From contig JAJFJD010000005.1 in the NCBI GenBank assembly GCA_021774335.1, positions 17,632 through 81,631 of the forward strand: DNA of 64,000 nucleotides, read 5' to 3'. The notes beneath the pieces were generated by a model. It worked only from the letters and a program-made list of their open reading frames with translations, did not search any database and was not told the DNA's origin. Position 1 is the first letter of the stretch, and each line of letters starts with the position of its first letter. This document shows positions 63,211 to 64,000 of this stretch, piece after piece. Made by a program: the position numbers and the translations under genes. The DNA is from Alphaproteobacteria bacterium (GTDB lineage: Bacteria; Pseudomonadota; Alphaproteobacteria; UBA8366).

Positions 63211-64000
63211 CTAATTTTTGGATTTGCTCAGGTCGTCCAGGTGCTCTTGCAACTTGGCGCGGTCCGGCGACCCGGCGGGCAGGCTGTCGAGCGCCTGTTG
63301 CATCATGGCCCGGCCTTCCTCGACCTTTCCGCTCGAAATCTCGGCACGGCCGACCAGCCAGAGCCCTTCGATATTCTTCGCATCGAGCGCCAGCACTTTG
63401 CGCATCACGGCGACCGATTCCGGCGTCTGCTTGTGGTCCGCTGCGGTCCGCAGGGTGCGGGCGTAGAGCATGAGGATGTCGACATTGTCCGGTGCCAGCC
63501 GGGCGGCGTTGGCCATAGCGTCCTTTGCCTCGCCGTGACGGTTCAATACCGTGTAGGCGCGACCGAGGCGCATCCATCCTTCCAGGTCGTCGGGTTCCTC
63601 TTTCAGGCGGCCGGCCAGTTTCGCCACCATGCCTTCGATCATCGCCGCGCGATCCTCGGGAGACATCGATTGTGCGGCAGCCACGTCGCCGCCACTTGGT
63701 CCCGGCGGTTTCTGCGCGGCAGCGGGCGGCGGGATTATGCTGTCCGGCTCGATGCCCGCGGCTTGGGCCGCGTTGATCGCGCGCTGCCGTGCGACCTTGG
63801 CCCAGGGAGCGGTCGGCGGCGAATCTTTCAAGAGCGCAAGCCATCGGTCGAGCGCGGCCCTGTTGTTGCCGGCCTGTTCCTCGGCGATGGCGAGATAGAA
63901 ACGGGCGCGCGGTTCGCCGGCGGATTTTTCCAGCGCGGAATCGAATGCGGCGCGGGCCGCTGGCGTGACCACACCATTGTTGGCCAGGACCAGCGTCTCG
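63211..64000 (-). CDS. ccmI: Cytochrome c-type biogenesis protein CcmI/CycH, TPP-free TPR-containing C-terminal part (N-terminus beyond the right window edge)
   Basis: The frame stays open to position 64000. RARFYLAIAEEQAGNNRAALDRW, GWMRLGRAYTVLNRHGEAKDA and LWLVGRAEISSGK are TPR-like repeats, with a Pro-rich linker, as in CycH/CcmI. Confidence 0.7.
   Translation of the reverse strand, partial: ETLVLANNGVVTPAARAAFDSALEKSAGEPRARFYLAIAEEQAGNNRAALDRWLALLKDSPPTAPWAKVARQRAINAAQAAGIEPDSIIPPPAAAQKPPGPSGGDVAAAQSMSPEDRAAMIEGMVAKLAGRLKEEPDDLEGWMRLGRAYTVLNRHGEAKDAMANAARLAPDNVDILMLYARTLRTAADHKQTPESVAVMRKVLALDAKNIEGLWLVGRAEISSGKVEEGRAMMQQALDSLPAGSPDRAKLQEHLDDLSKSKN

Overview
High-GC chromosomal segment. 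Hand-counted 60-nt lines give about 60-70% G+C, for example 42/60 at 6301-6360. The gene content looks alphaproteobacterial: CcmI/CycH, an aa3-oxidase subunit-IV-like mini-protein, a host-attachment-family protein, and an OxyR-catalase divergon. About 55 well-supported genes are mostly ordinary metabolism and transport. They include TfdA/TauD and PhyH dioxygenases, GldA, ArgE-like, LeuCD-like, FAD oxidoreductases, NAD-IDH-like, DapA-like, crotonase, a fused CoA-transferase, an enolase-superfamily enzyme, a TPP enzyme, HpcH/CitE aldolases, an RND pump, two MFS pumps and a Dpp/Opp-type ABC system. Many long ORFs in the track are GC-driven antisense shadows. Two AT-richer insertions stand out. 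(1) About 1.03-4.86 kb is an island with a large serine recombinase, a class I SAM methyltransferase and phased TCCCTGTT repeats at its right edge. (2) About 11.84-13.96 kb is a four-gene minus-strand cassette: a PqqD-like RRE protein, a Tat-signal polylysine-repeat mini-protein (with a sigma54-type promoter and an intrinsic terminator), a YkgJ/FliB-family Cys-cluster protein, and an RHH-tailed protein. I consider this cassette the best candidate for an undescribed peptide modification/export system. Other signals worth a second look: a secreted 11-Cys NPCAAK-repeat peptide between a two-component system and an msrP with no adjacent msrQ; an OxyR paralog lacking the sensing Cys, together with three perfect GATAG-N7-CTATC boxes within 3 kb; two perfect and one near-perfect FNR/FixK boxes; tandem paralogous secreted repeat proteins at the left edge; and a TonB-like protein with an acidic repeat tail. 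No rRNA, convincing tRNA, CRISPR array or IS element was seen.
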